A stretch of DNA of 64,000 nucleotides, from the NCBI GenBank assembly GCA_030583805.1, contig CP129476.1, forward strand, positions 1,094,657 to 1,158,656, read 5' to 3'. Positions within the stretch are counted from its first letter, which is position 1. The number at the start of each line of letters is the position of its first letter. Under the pieces are notes generated by a model. The model ran no database searches. It worked only from the letters and a program-made list of their open reading frames with translations, and was not told the DNA's origin. The DNA comes from Patescibacteria group bacterium (GTDB lineage Bacteria > Patescibacteriota > Patescibacteriia > SG8-24 > DYFX01). Shown in pieces: positions 56,788 to 64,000 of this stretch. The position numbers and the translations under genes were made by a program.

Positions 56788-56822
56788 CAAAAACCCCCGA
56801 TGCTTGTCGGGGTTTTCTTTTT
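56788..56822 (+). terminator. Intrinsic terminator after the large gene (ccccga-tgcttg-tcgggg + TTTTCTTTTT).
   Basis: Visible in the sequence. Confidence 0.65.
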
Positions 56823-56829
56823 GCGCGAC

Positions 56830-57609
56830 TTACCGCTGCGGAGGGGTTTGCGCTGGCGCGGAGCCCGTGGCGGGCTGGAAGCCGGAGGAACCGGGGAGCA
56901 CGATCGTGATATCGAAGCCGAGGTCTTCTTTAATGACGCTGGCCAAGGTCGGGTTCTCGATATTGAAAACATCGCCGCGGCCGCGCGGTTCGAGGAGGAA
57001 GCCTCCGAAGACGAAGGTTTGCGCCGGTTGCGTATCGGCGCTCAGATTGGCGAGCAGAGCCTTTTCCGTGGCCATCACCTTCGCTTCCAGCGGCACGACG
57101 CCGAACACCGCCAAGCTGCGGCTAATGCCGACCTGGGCGTCAAAGGTGAAGAGTGTCTGTTTCTTTTCGAGCAGCGCCGCCTTCACGTCGCCGTTCGCAT
57201 AGGCCAATTCGGCGGCGGGGGAGAATTCAAGAGTCATCCGCGTCCAACGGCCGTCCGGAATCCGTTCGCTCAAGACTTTTTGGACGGCGCCCGGCTGCAA
57301 CATGACGCGTTGCGCGCCGGTAAAGAAGACGGCCGTCTTTCCGTCGTCGGCGCTCACGGTGGCTTTGAGCAGCGTCAGCTCGGCGCGCGCGGCGTTGTCC
57401 GCGATCGTCGTCGGAGGAGCCAAATAGAGGTTCAACGCGGCATGGCGCTCCTTTTCCACCACTTCGGGCGTCGGTGTCGTCGGCGCCGTGGGGGCGGGTT
57501 TTCCGAAGGGCGGCAGGCCATAGCGGGGCGCGATCAAGAGAAACCAAAGGAGGGCGACGAGCGCCAAGGCCGCCAGGGACAGAAAAAGCGCGATCTTCTT
57601 GCGTTGCAT
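56830..57609 (-). CDS. Hypothetical membrane-anchored / secreted protein, 259 aa.
   Basis: N-terminal TM/signal segment (IALFLSLAALALVALLWFLLIA). A TATAAT -10 sits 8 nt upstream of the ATG on the minus strand, so the transcript is probably leaderless. Confidence 0.5.
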   Translation of the reverse strand: MQRKKIALFLSLAALALVALLWFLLIAPRYGLPPFGKPAPTAPTTPTPEVVEKERHAALNLYLAPPTTIADNAARAELTLLKATVSADDGKTAVFFTGAQRVMLQPGAVQKVLSERIPDGRWTRMTLEFSPAAELAYANGDVKAALLEKKQTLFTFDAQVGISRSLAVFGVVPLEAKVMATEKALLANLSADTQPAQTFVFGGFLLEPRGRGDVFNIENPTLASVIKEDLGFDITIVLPGSSGFQPATGSAPAQTPPQR

Positions 57610-57646
57610 ACCCGACCATTATACACGTCCTTGGGGAAAAGCGTTG

Positions 57647-57675
57647 TTGACATTCACCCCCTCGGAGACTAAGGT
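57647..57675 (+). promoter_or_regulatory. Promoter for metK (TTGACA, 17 nt, TAAGGT). No SAM-riboswitch-like leader; the 5'UTR is only about 10 nt.
   Basis: Consensus -35 and spacing, read from the sequence. Confidence 0.45.
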
Positions 57676-57691
57676 TGGACGGCATTTCCTT

Positions 57692-58732
57692 ATGAAAACG
57701 GCAGAATCCGTCACTGAAGGCCATCCCGACAAAGTCTGCGACCAGATCGCCGACGCCTTGTTGGACGAATACCTCCGCCGCGACCCGCGCAGCCGCGTGG
57801 CGTTGGAGGTTTTCGGTTCGCACGGAATGCTCATGGTCGGCGGCGAAGTAACCTCGCAGGGCGAAGTCGACATCGAGGCCTTGGCCAAGCATGTGTATAA
57901 GCAAATCGGGTACGATGACGAGCTGGAAGTTTTCGTGAACATCGAGTTGCAATCCGGCGACATCGCGCAGGGCGTCGATACGGGCGGGGCGGGGGATCAG
58001 GGCATCATGTACGGCTATGCCTCGATCGAAACGCCGAGCTTCATGCCGGCGCCAATCGCGCACGCCCACGCGCTCTCCACGAGCCTGGCCGATCTGCGCC
58101 GCCACGATCCGGCGTTCGCCTGGCTTCGCCCCGACGGCAAGACGCAAGTCACGATGGATCACGGCCGCGTCACGACAGTCGTCGTCTCGGCGCAGCACGC
58201 TCCCGACGTTGCGCAAGAGGAAATCCGCGCGAAGATCACGGAGCGGGTGATCGCGCCCGTCATCGGCTCCCTCGACGGCGTCGAGATCCACGTCAATCCG
58301 ACGGGCCGTTTCGTCGTCGGCGGTTTTACGGCGGACACCGGTCTTACCGGCCGCAAGCTGATGGTCGATACCTACGGCGGCATCATTCCCCATGGCGGCG
58401 GCGCCTTTTCCGGAAAGGATTCGACGAAAGTCGATCGCTCGGCGGCTTACATGGCGCGTTTTGCGGCGAAGAACCTGGTCGCTGCCGGCTACGCCAAGAA
58501 GTGCATGGTTTCCGTCGCCTACGCGATCGGCAAAGCTGATCCGGTCATGCTGACGGCGCGTACCGAGGACGGGCGCGACCTTTCGCCTTTGCTTCTCAAA
58601 TATTTCGACTTCCGGCCGCAGGCGATCGTCGAACGCCTCGATTTGCGTAAGCCGATCTTTCGCGCCTCGGCGGCGTACGGCCACTTCGGCCGCGAGCAGT
58701 TCCCGTGGGAACGGCTGATCGAACTGAAATGA
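57692..58732 (+). CDS. metK: S-adenosylmethionine synthetase (short 346-aa form).
   Basis: ESVTEGHPDKVCDQI, GGGAFSGKD, and the remaining MetK core motifs. ATG at 57692. Confidence 0.85.
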   Translation: MKTAESVTEGHPDKVCDQIADALLDEYLRRDPRSRVALEVFGSHGMLMVGGEVTSQGEVDIEALAKHVYKQIGYDDELEVFVNIELQSGDIAQGVDTGGAGDQGIMYGYASIETPSFMPAPIAHAHALSTSLADLRRHDPAFAWLRPDGKTQVTMDHGRVTTVVVSAQHAPDVAQEEIRAKITERVIAPVIGSLDGVEIHVNPTGRFVVGGFTADTGLTGRKLMVDTYGGIIPHGGGAFSGKDSTKVDRSAAYMARFAAKNLVAAGYAKKCMVSVAYAIGKADPVMLTARTEDGRDLSPLLLKYFDFRPQAIVERLDLRKPIFRASAAYGHFGREQFPWERLIELK

Positions 58733-58781
58733 ACGCGGACTCCGGCGCGACGCCGGGGTTTTGTGATAGACTGAAGACACT

Positions 58782-59666
58782 ATGCGAATGAAAAACCTCA
58801 TCCTGCTCACGCTCGCGGTGCTCGTCCTGGCTGCTGTCGGGATGGCGTTTTCGTTCCGCGTCGTCATCCGAGACGCGGTCGCTTCGCGTTTCAAACCCGC
58901 GCTTCCGGCTGCGCAACCCTACGTTCCGCCACCGACGACTGATCCGGTCGCCATCCAGCCGGAGCCTGAAGCAGATCCGGTTCCGACGCCCACGCCGACC
59001 CCCGCGCCCACCCCGGCTCCTACGCCCGCACCCACGCCGACCCCCGCGCCGACGCCCACGCCGACCCCCGAACCCACGCCGGCTCCGCAACCGTCGACCA
59101 GCGGCAAAAATTTGGCCGTTCCGTTTACCTCGCAAGCGCCGAAGGCCGATTGGAGCATGCCGTATCAGGAAGCTTGCGAAGAAGCCTCCTTGCTCATGAC
59201 GGTCGCGTACCTGAACGGCGACGGAGCTTTCACGCCCGATACGGCGACGGAAAAAATCCTGGCGCTGGTCGATTGGCAAGTTGATCATTTCGGCTACTAC
59301 GAAGACACGACCGCCGAGGAAGTCGCTGAAACTGCGCGCCTGCGTTTCGGTTTTGCAAAGTCGCGCGCGATTAAGATTTCTTCGATTGCCGACGTCAAAG
59401 CCGTGATCGATCGCGGGTTGCCCGCGATCATTCCCGCCGCCGGACGCCAGCTTTTCAATCCGAACTTCAGCGGCGCCGGTCCGAAGTACCACATGCTCGT
59501 CGTCAAAGGCTATACGAAGGACGGAAAAATCATCACCAACGATCCGGGCACGCGCCGCGGCGCCGACTATGTCTACGAGGCCGATGTGCTCTGGAACGCG
59601 ATTCACGATTGGAACGGCGGCGACGTCGAGAACGGCGCCAAGATGATGGTCGTGGTCGAGAAATAA
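58782..59666 (+). CDS. Secreted or membrane-anchored C39-like peptidase-domain protein with a Pro/Thr-rich linker.
   Basis: Signal/TM segment, then a (PTPA)n linker, then a C39-like domain with Cys in QEACEEAS and His in YHMLVVKGY. Extended -10 TGaTAGACT 9 nt upstream. Confidence 0.65.
   Translation: MRMKNLILLTLAVLVLAAVGMAFSFRVVIRDAVASRFKPALPAAQPYVPPPTTDPVAIQPEPEADPVPTPTPTPAPTPAPTPAPTPTPAPTPTPTPEPTPAPQPSTSGKNLAVPFTSQAPKADWSMPYQEACEEASLLMTVAYLNGDGAFTPDTATEKILALVDWQVDHFGYYEDTTAEEVAETARLRFGFAKSRAIKISSIADVKAVIDRGLPAIIPAAGRQLFNPNFSGAGPKYHMLVVKGYTKDGKIITNDPGTRRGADYVYEADVLWNAIHDWNGGDVENGAKMMVVVEK
58985..59092 (+). repeat. Low-complexity tandem repeat encoding the Pro/Thr/Ala linker ([33 protein letters not shown]).
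   Basis: Degenerate repeats of an acgccsacc unit are visible. Confidence 0.7.
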
Positions 59667-59677
59667 AAAACCGCTCC

Positions 59678-60028
59678 TCAGAGGAACGGGACGGCATCGT
59701 AGAGCACGAGAAAGTTCCAAACGACGACGCCGAGGAGCAGGAATATCGATACGATCAGGATGCGCCATGCCGCTTGGCCAAACGTTTTCGATCTTCGCGC
59801 GAGGAAAGCCAACAGTCCGGTGATCGCCGCGGCGAAACCAAGCTTGTAGACGATGAACGGCGTTGCGCCCAGCGCGAGCACGGCGCGAGGCAGCGGGTTC
59901 AGCTCTTGGCCGCCGTTCGAGATGACCGCAAGCGTCAGAACGAGATCAAGGGCGTGCAGCAGAATGAAAATGATCGCGTAGAGCGCAAGAAGCAGCCGCG
60001 GAGGGGGAGTCCAGGCGGACTCGGTCAT
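59678..60028 (-). CDS. Small polytopic membrane protein, 116 aa (DUF5658-like, ELNPL motif).
   Basis: ATG at 60028 with a ggagg SD. The rest of track ORF 59678-60478 is antisense to the tRNA and therefore spurious. Confidence 0.5.
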   Translation of the reverse strand: MTESAWTPPPRLLLALYAIIFILLHALDLVLTLAVISNGGQELNPLPRAVLALGATPFIVYKLGFAAAITGLLAFLARRSKTFGQAAWRILIVSIFLLLGVVVWNFLVLYDAVPFL

Positions 60029-60360
60029 GGCGCCTCCAGGTTGAGAAGTTCCTGCTCCCGTGGTATCAAGAAGCCACCTATACGTCAATCTATGGAAAAC
60101 CTCACATTCGATCTTGATGAGCTGTACGGAGCCGTAAAAGAGCGCGCGTTGTCCGAGGGCGCCTATACGCCGGAAGAGTGGAGCGACGTCATCGACATGA
60201 CGCTTCAAGATCGCGAAGAATTCGGCGAGGTGCACGACGACGAGGAGCTTTCGGCCGTGAAGGAGCAGCTCAAGGCGCGCTTCGAGGAGTTCAAAAGCGA
60301 AATCCCGGAAGCCTAGCCATTGACGTTTCCGTGAAAAAAGCGTACTCTGCGTACGCTCGG

Positions 60361-60436
60361 GTCGGTAGCTCAGTCGGTAGAGCAACAGCCTTTTAAGCTG
60401 ATGGTCCCGGGTTCGATCCCCGGCCGACCCACCAGA
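60361..60436 (+). tRNA. tRNA-Lys (anticodon UUU), with an encoded CCA.
   Basis: Cloverleaf: acceptor gggtcgg/ccgaccc; D-arm gctc...gagc; anticodon loop cuUUUaa; T-arm ccggg-ttcgatc-cccgg; discriminator A plus CCA. Confidence 0.85.
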
Positions 60437-60470
60437 AAAAGCCTTACTTCGGTAGGGTTTTTTCTTTTTT
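60437..60470 (+). terminator. Intrinsic terminator after the tRNA (ccttac-ttcg-gtaggg + a T-run).
   Basis: Visible in the sequence. Confidence 0.55.
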
Positions 60471-60508
60471 CCAAACAAAACCCGCTTCTTTTGCTATACT
60501 GGAACCGT

Positions 60509-60973
60509 ATGCCATTCGCTTTCTCGTGGGAATTCCCGGCCGCGATCATCGGGGCGGTTGCCGTGACGGTGACGACGCTCGCGATCGTCGTCGCGATCGC
60601 GCGAACGCATCACGGACCGACGCACGCGGAGCTCGCGCTTCTGGCGGTCGTTGCGGTGCTGAGCCTTTGGACGTGGAGCACGCGCAGCACGTTGGCGCAA
60701 CGGTTTTTTCCGGATGAGACGGGCGTCGTGGAAGAAGAGATTGCACTTCAAATGCTGAACCACAGCGATTGCGCGGCCTTCGTCGCGAAAACAGGGATGG
60801 GAAATGACGATGGCGCGATTTGTACCGTTCGCGTACTAAGCGAACGCGGACGCTTCGTGGCGGACGGCGCGCCTCGCAAATCGTTCGAATCGCCCTGCGA
60901 CGTCACGCCCGAGCCGGAGGTGCGGCTCTGGTCGTTCGCGGTCGGCTCCCTTCGCGATTGGTGCTCTCGCTGA
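60509..60973 (+). CDS. Hypothetical membrane protein, 154 aa.
   Basis: Extended -10 TGcTATACT 8 nt upstream of the ATG (leaderless type). Two TM helices. Confidence 0.45.
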   Translation: MPFAFSWEFPAAIIGAVAVTVTTLAIVVAIARTHHGPTHAELALLAVVAVLSLWTWSTRSTLAQRFFPDETGVVEEEIALQMLNHSDCAAFVAKTGMGNDDGAICTVRVLSERGRFVADGAPRKSFESPCDVTPEPEVRLWSFAVGSLRDWCSR

Positions 60974-60976
60974 ACG

Positions 60977-62026
60977 CTATTCGAACGCCACGCTGCCGCC
61001 GCGGTTCGCGCCGACGATGACGTACCAAACCTGCCCCTCAGCAAAGGGGATTTTTTGTCCTTGCGCGTCCGTCACGGTCGTCGGATCGGCGGCGGATGTT
61101 TTCTTCCACGCGCCAGACAGCATCAGGCCGTCTCGGAACACGGTCGCGGCCCCGGCGCCGATCGTTTCCAAACCAATAAGGCCAAGGTTTTGAGGATCGG
61201 GAACGCTGAGCACGTCCATTTCGAGCGCGACAACGGTTTGCGGCGCGATGACGGAACCGTCGCGATCGCGAATCTGTCGGTTGCGTCGCCAAAGGATGTA
61301 GCCGTTTTCTTCTTCGTCAAAACGGAACTCGATCGTCTCGGCGCCTTGGACGGGCACGATCTGGAGCCTGGTCGCAGCCGTGCCGGTCGCGACCTCGCGG
61401 CTCCGCGCCGTCGCGTCGACGGCGGCGGTGGTCGTTGACCACTCTTTTTTCCGTATCAGCTCCCAAAGGCGGGCGCTCGAGGTGTAGGTATTGTGCGGAG
61501 CGTTTCGCCGCGAGTCGCGCCAGAAGGCCGCACCGTTGCTGAATTCGTTCGCGTCGTCCAAACCGGTCGTGCCGCTCGCAAGCTGCTGCAGAGCATCGGT
61601 GCTGCCGCCGACGTGGGTATAGACGGCGTCGAACTCGCGCGCCCATTTCAAGAAATAGGGGCGCGCGCTCCGTACCGGGCCGATTTCCGTCGTGCTGGCG
61701 CTGCGGAAAATCAGCATGTTGCGCGTGAGGCTGCCCTCGACAGGCGCTTCCCAAACAACGTCCGCCTTGGAAACGCCCGATTGCGGCCGCGCGTTCGGAT
61801 GGTTATCGACCATGATCGCGACCGGACGCGTCGTATCGAGGATGCGCTCCGGTTCCGGCGGCGGCGGCGAAGGGAGCGTCACGGGGCCGAGCGAAGCGCG
61901 GATCCAGAGCGTAATCAGCCCTTCGTGCGCGAAGATGCGTCCGGAAAGCTGCAGCAAGAGCATGAACAGCAAGCCGAAAGCGATCGCTGCGAACGCCGTA
62001 AATTCTTTCTTCGCATGCGGGTGCAT
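60977..62026 (-). CDS. DUF3048-like (YerB-like) secreted or membrane-anchored protein.
   Basis: ATG at 62026 with a ggagg SD; N-terminal TM segment. The family assignment is from memory. Confidence 0.55.
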   Translation of the reverse strand: MHPHAKKEFTAFAAIAFGLLFMLLLQLSGRIFAHEGLITLWIRASLGPVTLPSPPPPEPERILDTTRPVAIMVDNHPNARPQSGVSKADVVWEAPVEGSLTRNMLIFRSASTTEIGPVRSARPYFLKWAREFDAVYTHVGGSTDALQQLASGTTGLDDANEFSNGAAFWRDSRRNAPHNTYTSSARLWELIRKKEWSTTTAAVDATARSREVATGTAATRLQIVPVQGAETIEFRFDEEENGYILWRRNRQIRDRDGSVIAPQTVVALEMDVLSVPDPQNLGLIGLETIGAGAATVFRDGLMLSGAWKKTSAADPTTVTDAQGQKIPFAEGQVWYVIVGANRGGSVAFE

Positions 62027-62133
62027 GCCTCCATCGTACCCTTCGCGCGGCGCGATTGACAATGGATTTTTTTCTTGGTGGAGTAGGCGCAGGTCTTTCC
62101 GACCCGCTAACCCTTCACTGAGGAGAAACCCCC

Positions 62134-63705
62134 ATGCCGAAGCTCGTAAAAGCGACGCTTGTCATGAGCGACCATCACCTCGGCGAGGGCAAGCCCAAGC
62201 TCGAGGATTTTCCGGCCGAAAACGAAAAAGCCTATCTCGAGATGCTCAAGGCGCATCTTGAGCTGATCGGTCCGGACGTGTCGTACTGCCACGTCATCGG
62301 CGGCGACTGGCTCGACTACCATGTGGTGGAGTTCGAAGGGCGCTACGGCGTCTTTCCCACCGAGGAAGCGGCGCTCGCCAAGACGGAAGCCATCATGCAA
62401 GCCCACGCGTCGTACTTTGCGGGGCTGCGCAGCTTGGCGGAAGCGTTTCCGCAGATGTTTTTCGAGATCGTTCCCGGAAACCACGACCTCGACCTGAAAT
62501 GGCCGAGCGTGCAGGAAGTGATCCGCGCTGCATTGGTGCCGCCGGAAGAGGGTCGGCGCGTCGCGTTTCCGAACGAAGTGCGGATCGCGGAGACGGTCTT
62601 GTTCTGCCACGGCGACCAGTTCGATCCGTTCTCGGCGAATCCGCCGGAGCACGACACGATCAAAGAAGACGTGATGATCAGCCGCAAGGTCATGCTCCTC
62701 ATGCTGCTGCTCTCGCTCGTGTTGGCCGGAGCACTGGCCGGGTTCACGTTCTCGCTCCTGCCGTATACCCTCGCGGGCGTCGGTGTCGGCGTGATCGTCT
62801 CCTTCGTGGTCCTGTTCCTGATGTTCCGTTGGATCGCCGGACACCTGGCGTTCCGATGGGGCCGCACGAAGACGGTCTTGAACGTGCCGATCGCTTCGCA
62901 CATGAACGCCGGTCTCGGCACGCGGCTGAAAAAGTGGATCTTCCACGGCATCGGCCGCCGCGTTGATCATGGCGACGAGTGGATCCTCGGCGTGGCGCGC
63001 AAATGGTACGTCTTGCCGATCCTCTTGCCGATGGTCGCGCTCGAAACCCTCGCGCTCAAGTTCTTTTACCTCTTCCGCCGGCCTCGCGAGAAGTTCAATC
63101 CTCGCCTGATGCTCGATCTCATCGCTTCCACGACGCATGCCGACCGCATCGAAAAGGGTCTCGCGGCGTTTTTGGAGGAGCGTCCGGGGGTGTGCCACCT
63201 GATCGCCGGCCACACGCACGACGGAAAGATGGAGACCGTCGAAATCGACGGCCGCACGGTCATCTACTACAACTCCGGCACGGCGATTCGTCAGATGCGC
63301 ACGTACAAGCCCGAGGTGCGCGCGGTGACCGCTTGGCCCAAGCTCGAAACGTTCTTTCGCCGCGTGCTGTACTACTGGATCCACGCGCCGTTTGGCGCCG
63401 CAGCCTCGACGATGGCCTATCTCGCGGTTCCGGTCGCGCTGTTCTTGCTCCCGGAGATGCCCTTCCTCACGGCGCTGCGCTGGCCGGTCGCGTTCGGAGC
63501 GGTCTTCCTGCTGCTCTGGTGGCAATTCGCCGCCGAGTACCGGGACGGCCACTTCTTCCGCTTCACGCCGCCCGAAGTGCTCGAATACGACGACGGTTCG
63601 GTGCGCGTCCGCATCCTGCAGTACGATCACGATGCCGGGCGCTTCCAGCTCGTCACCGGCGAGGAGGCGACGTGGGATCACTACGTCGAAGGTTCCGTCA
63701 ACTGA
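62134..63705 (+). CDS. Membrane-embedded calcineurin-like metallophosphoesterase (the catalytic domain is split by a TM block).
   Basis: Motifs SDHHLG, GGDWLD, GNHD, CHGDQF, then TM helices, then GHTHDG. SD gaggag. Confidence 0.7.
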   Translation: MPKLVKATLVMSDHHLGEGKPKLEDFPAENEKAYLEMLKAHLELIGPDVSYCHVIGGDWLDYHVVEFEGRYGVFPTEEAALAKTEAIMQAHASYFAGLRSLAEAFPQMFFEIVPGNHDLDLKWPSVQEVIRAALVPPEEGRRVAFPNEVRIAETVLFCHGDQFDPFSANPPEHDTIKEDVMISRKVMLLMLLLSLVLAGALAGFTFSLLPYTLAGVGVGVIVSFVVLFLMFRWIAGHLAFRWGRTKTVLNVPIASHMNAGLGTRLKKWIFHGIGRRVDHGDEWILGVARKWYVLPILLPMVALETLALKFFYLFRRPREKFNPRLMLDLIASTTHADRIEKGLAAFLEERPGVCHLIAGHTHDGKMETVEIDGRTVIYYNSGTAIRQMRTYKPEVRAVTAWPKLETFFRRVLYYWIHAPFGAAASTMAYLAVPVALFLLPEMPFLTALRWPVAFGAVFLLLWWQFAAEYRDGHFFRFTPPEVLEYDDGSVRVRILQYDHDAGRFQLVTGEEATWDHYVEGSVN

Positions 63706-63706
63706 C

Positions 63707-63738
63707 GCTCGCGGCCCACGCCGCGGGCTTTTCTTTTT
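63707..63738 (+). terminator. Intrinsic terminator (cgcggc-ccac-gccgcg + a T-run).
   Basis: Visible after the stop at 63705. Confidence 0.55.
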
Positions 63739-63768
63739 GGTCTTTTTCCGCTACCCTTGGCACAGACT

Positions 63769-64000
63769 ATGAAAAACGAAAGCTTCCTCAAGCACCTGAA
63801 GAGCGAGCACGAAACGTTCGACGCCTTGCGCCGCGAACTCATCGGAGCGGCTGCCAAAGCGCAAGGCGCCTCCAAGCGCGCGATTTTCGCCGTTCTGCGC
63901 GAGGACGAAGCGGGCGCCAAGGGGCTTCTGGCCGAAGCGGAAGACGCCTTTGAGACGATCCGCAGCAAAACGGAGCGGAACCCGCGCCTGGCGCACGAAG
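63769..64000 (+). CDS. Partial ORF running off the window end (MKNESFLKHLKSEHETFDALRRELIGAAAKAQG...), hypothetical.
   Basis: Open frame from ATG 63769 to the window end. No confident family. Confidence 0.3.
   Translation, partial: MKNESFLKHLKSEHETFDALRRELIGAAAKAQGASKRAIFAVLREDEAGAKGLLAEAEDAFETIRSKTERNPRLAHE

Noticed and set aside
55498-56790. 430-aa minus-strand ORF.
   Set aside because: It is antisense to the large atypical phosphoesterase gene. The sense frame shows ordered phosphoesterase motifs and a consistent codon bias.
57610-57691. Searched for a SAM riboswitch upstream of metK.
   Set aside because: The leader is only about 10 nt downstream of a consensus promoter, and there is no SAM-I-like conserved sequence. 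I found no riboswitch.
58985-59092. Short tandem nucleotide repeats, considered as a possible CRISPR or minisatellite.
   Set aside because: The units are about 9 nt, degenerate, in frame and inside a coding region (the PT linker). There are no spacer-repeat architecture and no cas genes.
60029-60478. Upstream part of track ORF 59678-60478 (minus strand).
   Set aside because: It runs antisense through the tRNA-Lys gene and its terminator. The real gene starts at ATG 60028, which has an SD.
62107-63681. 524-aa minus-strand ORF.
   Set aside because: It is antisense to the membrane metallophosphoesterase gene, which has an SD, catalytic motifs and TM helices.

Overview
High-GC (about 60-65% by eye) bacterial chromosomal segment, densely packed with housekeeping genes on both strands. 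There are many 1-4 nt start/stop overlaps (ATGA, TGATG), which suggests long translationally coupled operons. I found no rRNA, CRISPR array, transposase or integrase. There is one tRNA, tRNA-Lys(UUU).

Recognisable blocks, in order:
- 1-3837 (-): a pyrimidine dNTP operon, dCMP deaminase -> T4-gp1-like dNMP kinase -> dUTPase -> tandem-fused ThyX -> Tmk.
- 3907-7044 (-): rplA, rplK, nusG and secE, but with a membrane-protein gene inserted between rplA and rplK, and two small opposite-strand genes (each ending in an identical 30-bp terminator hairpin) inserted between rplK and nusG.
- 7177-8702 (+): two winged-helix-like hypothetical proteins. A PAP2 phosphatase and gyrB (without gyrA) follow.
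- 13123-14220 (+): a SEDS protein (FtsW/RodA).
- 16365-19825 (-): rpmE-prfA-(NDP-sugar nucleotidyltransferase)-(hypothetical)-prmC.
- 20348-21460 (-): an Rnl2-like ATP-dependent RNA ligase with atypical codon usage.
- 21705-23126 (+): rpsB-tsf.
- 23252-23914 (+): a metzincin lipoprotein.
- 23990-34348 (+): a long glycolytic operon, leaderless membrane protein-gap-metallophosphoesterase-NDH-2-pgk-SIMPL-eno-gpmI-gpmI (tandem diverged iPGM paralogues).
- 34868-39238: tgt (+) and queA (-) separated by four small acidic hypothetical genes co-oriented with queA; a fifth acidic hypothetical diverges from queA.
- 39921-49860 (+): mutM-nth-giant pilin-like protein, then a cell-envelope operon (ZIP transporter, PAP2, ManC-like, NUDIX, MltG, DUF2207, CorC).
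- 49875-50430 (+): a compositionally atypical small two-gene cassette.
- 50492-54302: uvrD/pcrA-family helicase (+), then DHH phosphoesterase (-) and CYTH protein (+) as a divergent pair.
- 54523-56787 (+): a compositionally atypical 755-aa protein with a C-terminal calcineurin-like metallophosphoesterase domain and a polybasic tail, preceded by a perfect palindromic hairpin.
- 56830-64000: metK, a C39-like peptidase with a Pro/Thr linker, tRNA-Lys, DUF3048, a membrane-embedded metallophosphoesterase, and a partial ORF at the window end.

Several genes appear to be leaderless: a TATACT/TATAAT/TAGACT -10 element sits 6-9 nt upstream of the ATG, often with an extended TGn.

The long antisense ORFs in the six-frame track are typical high-GC artefacts and were rejected.
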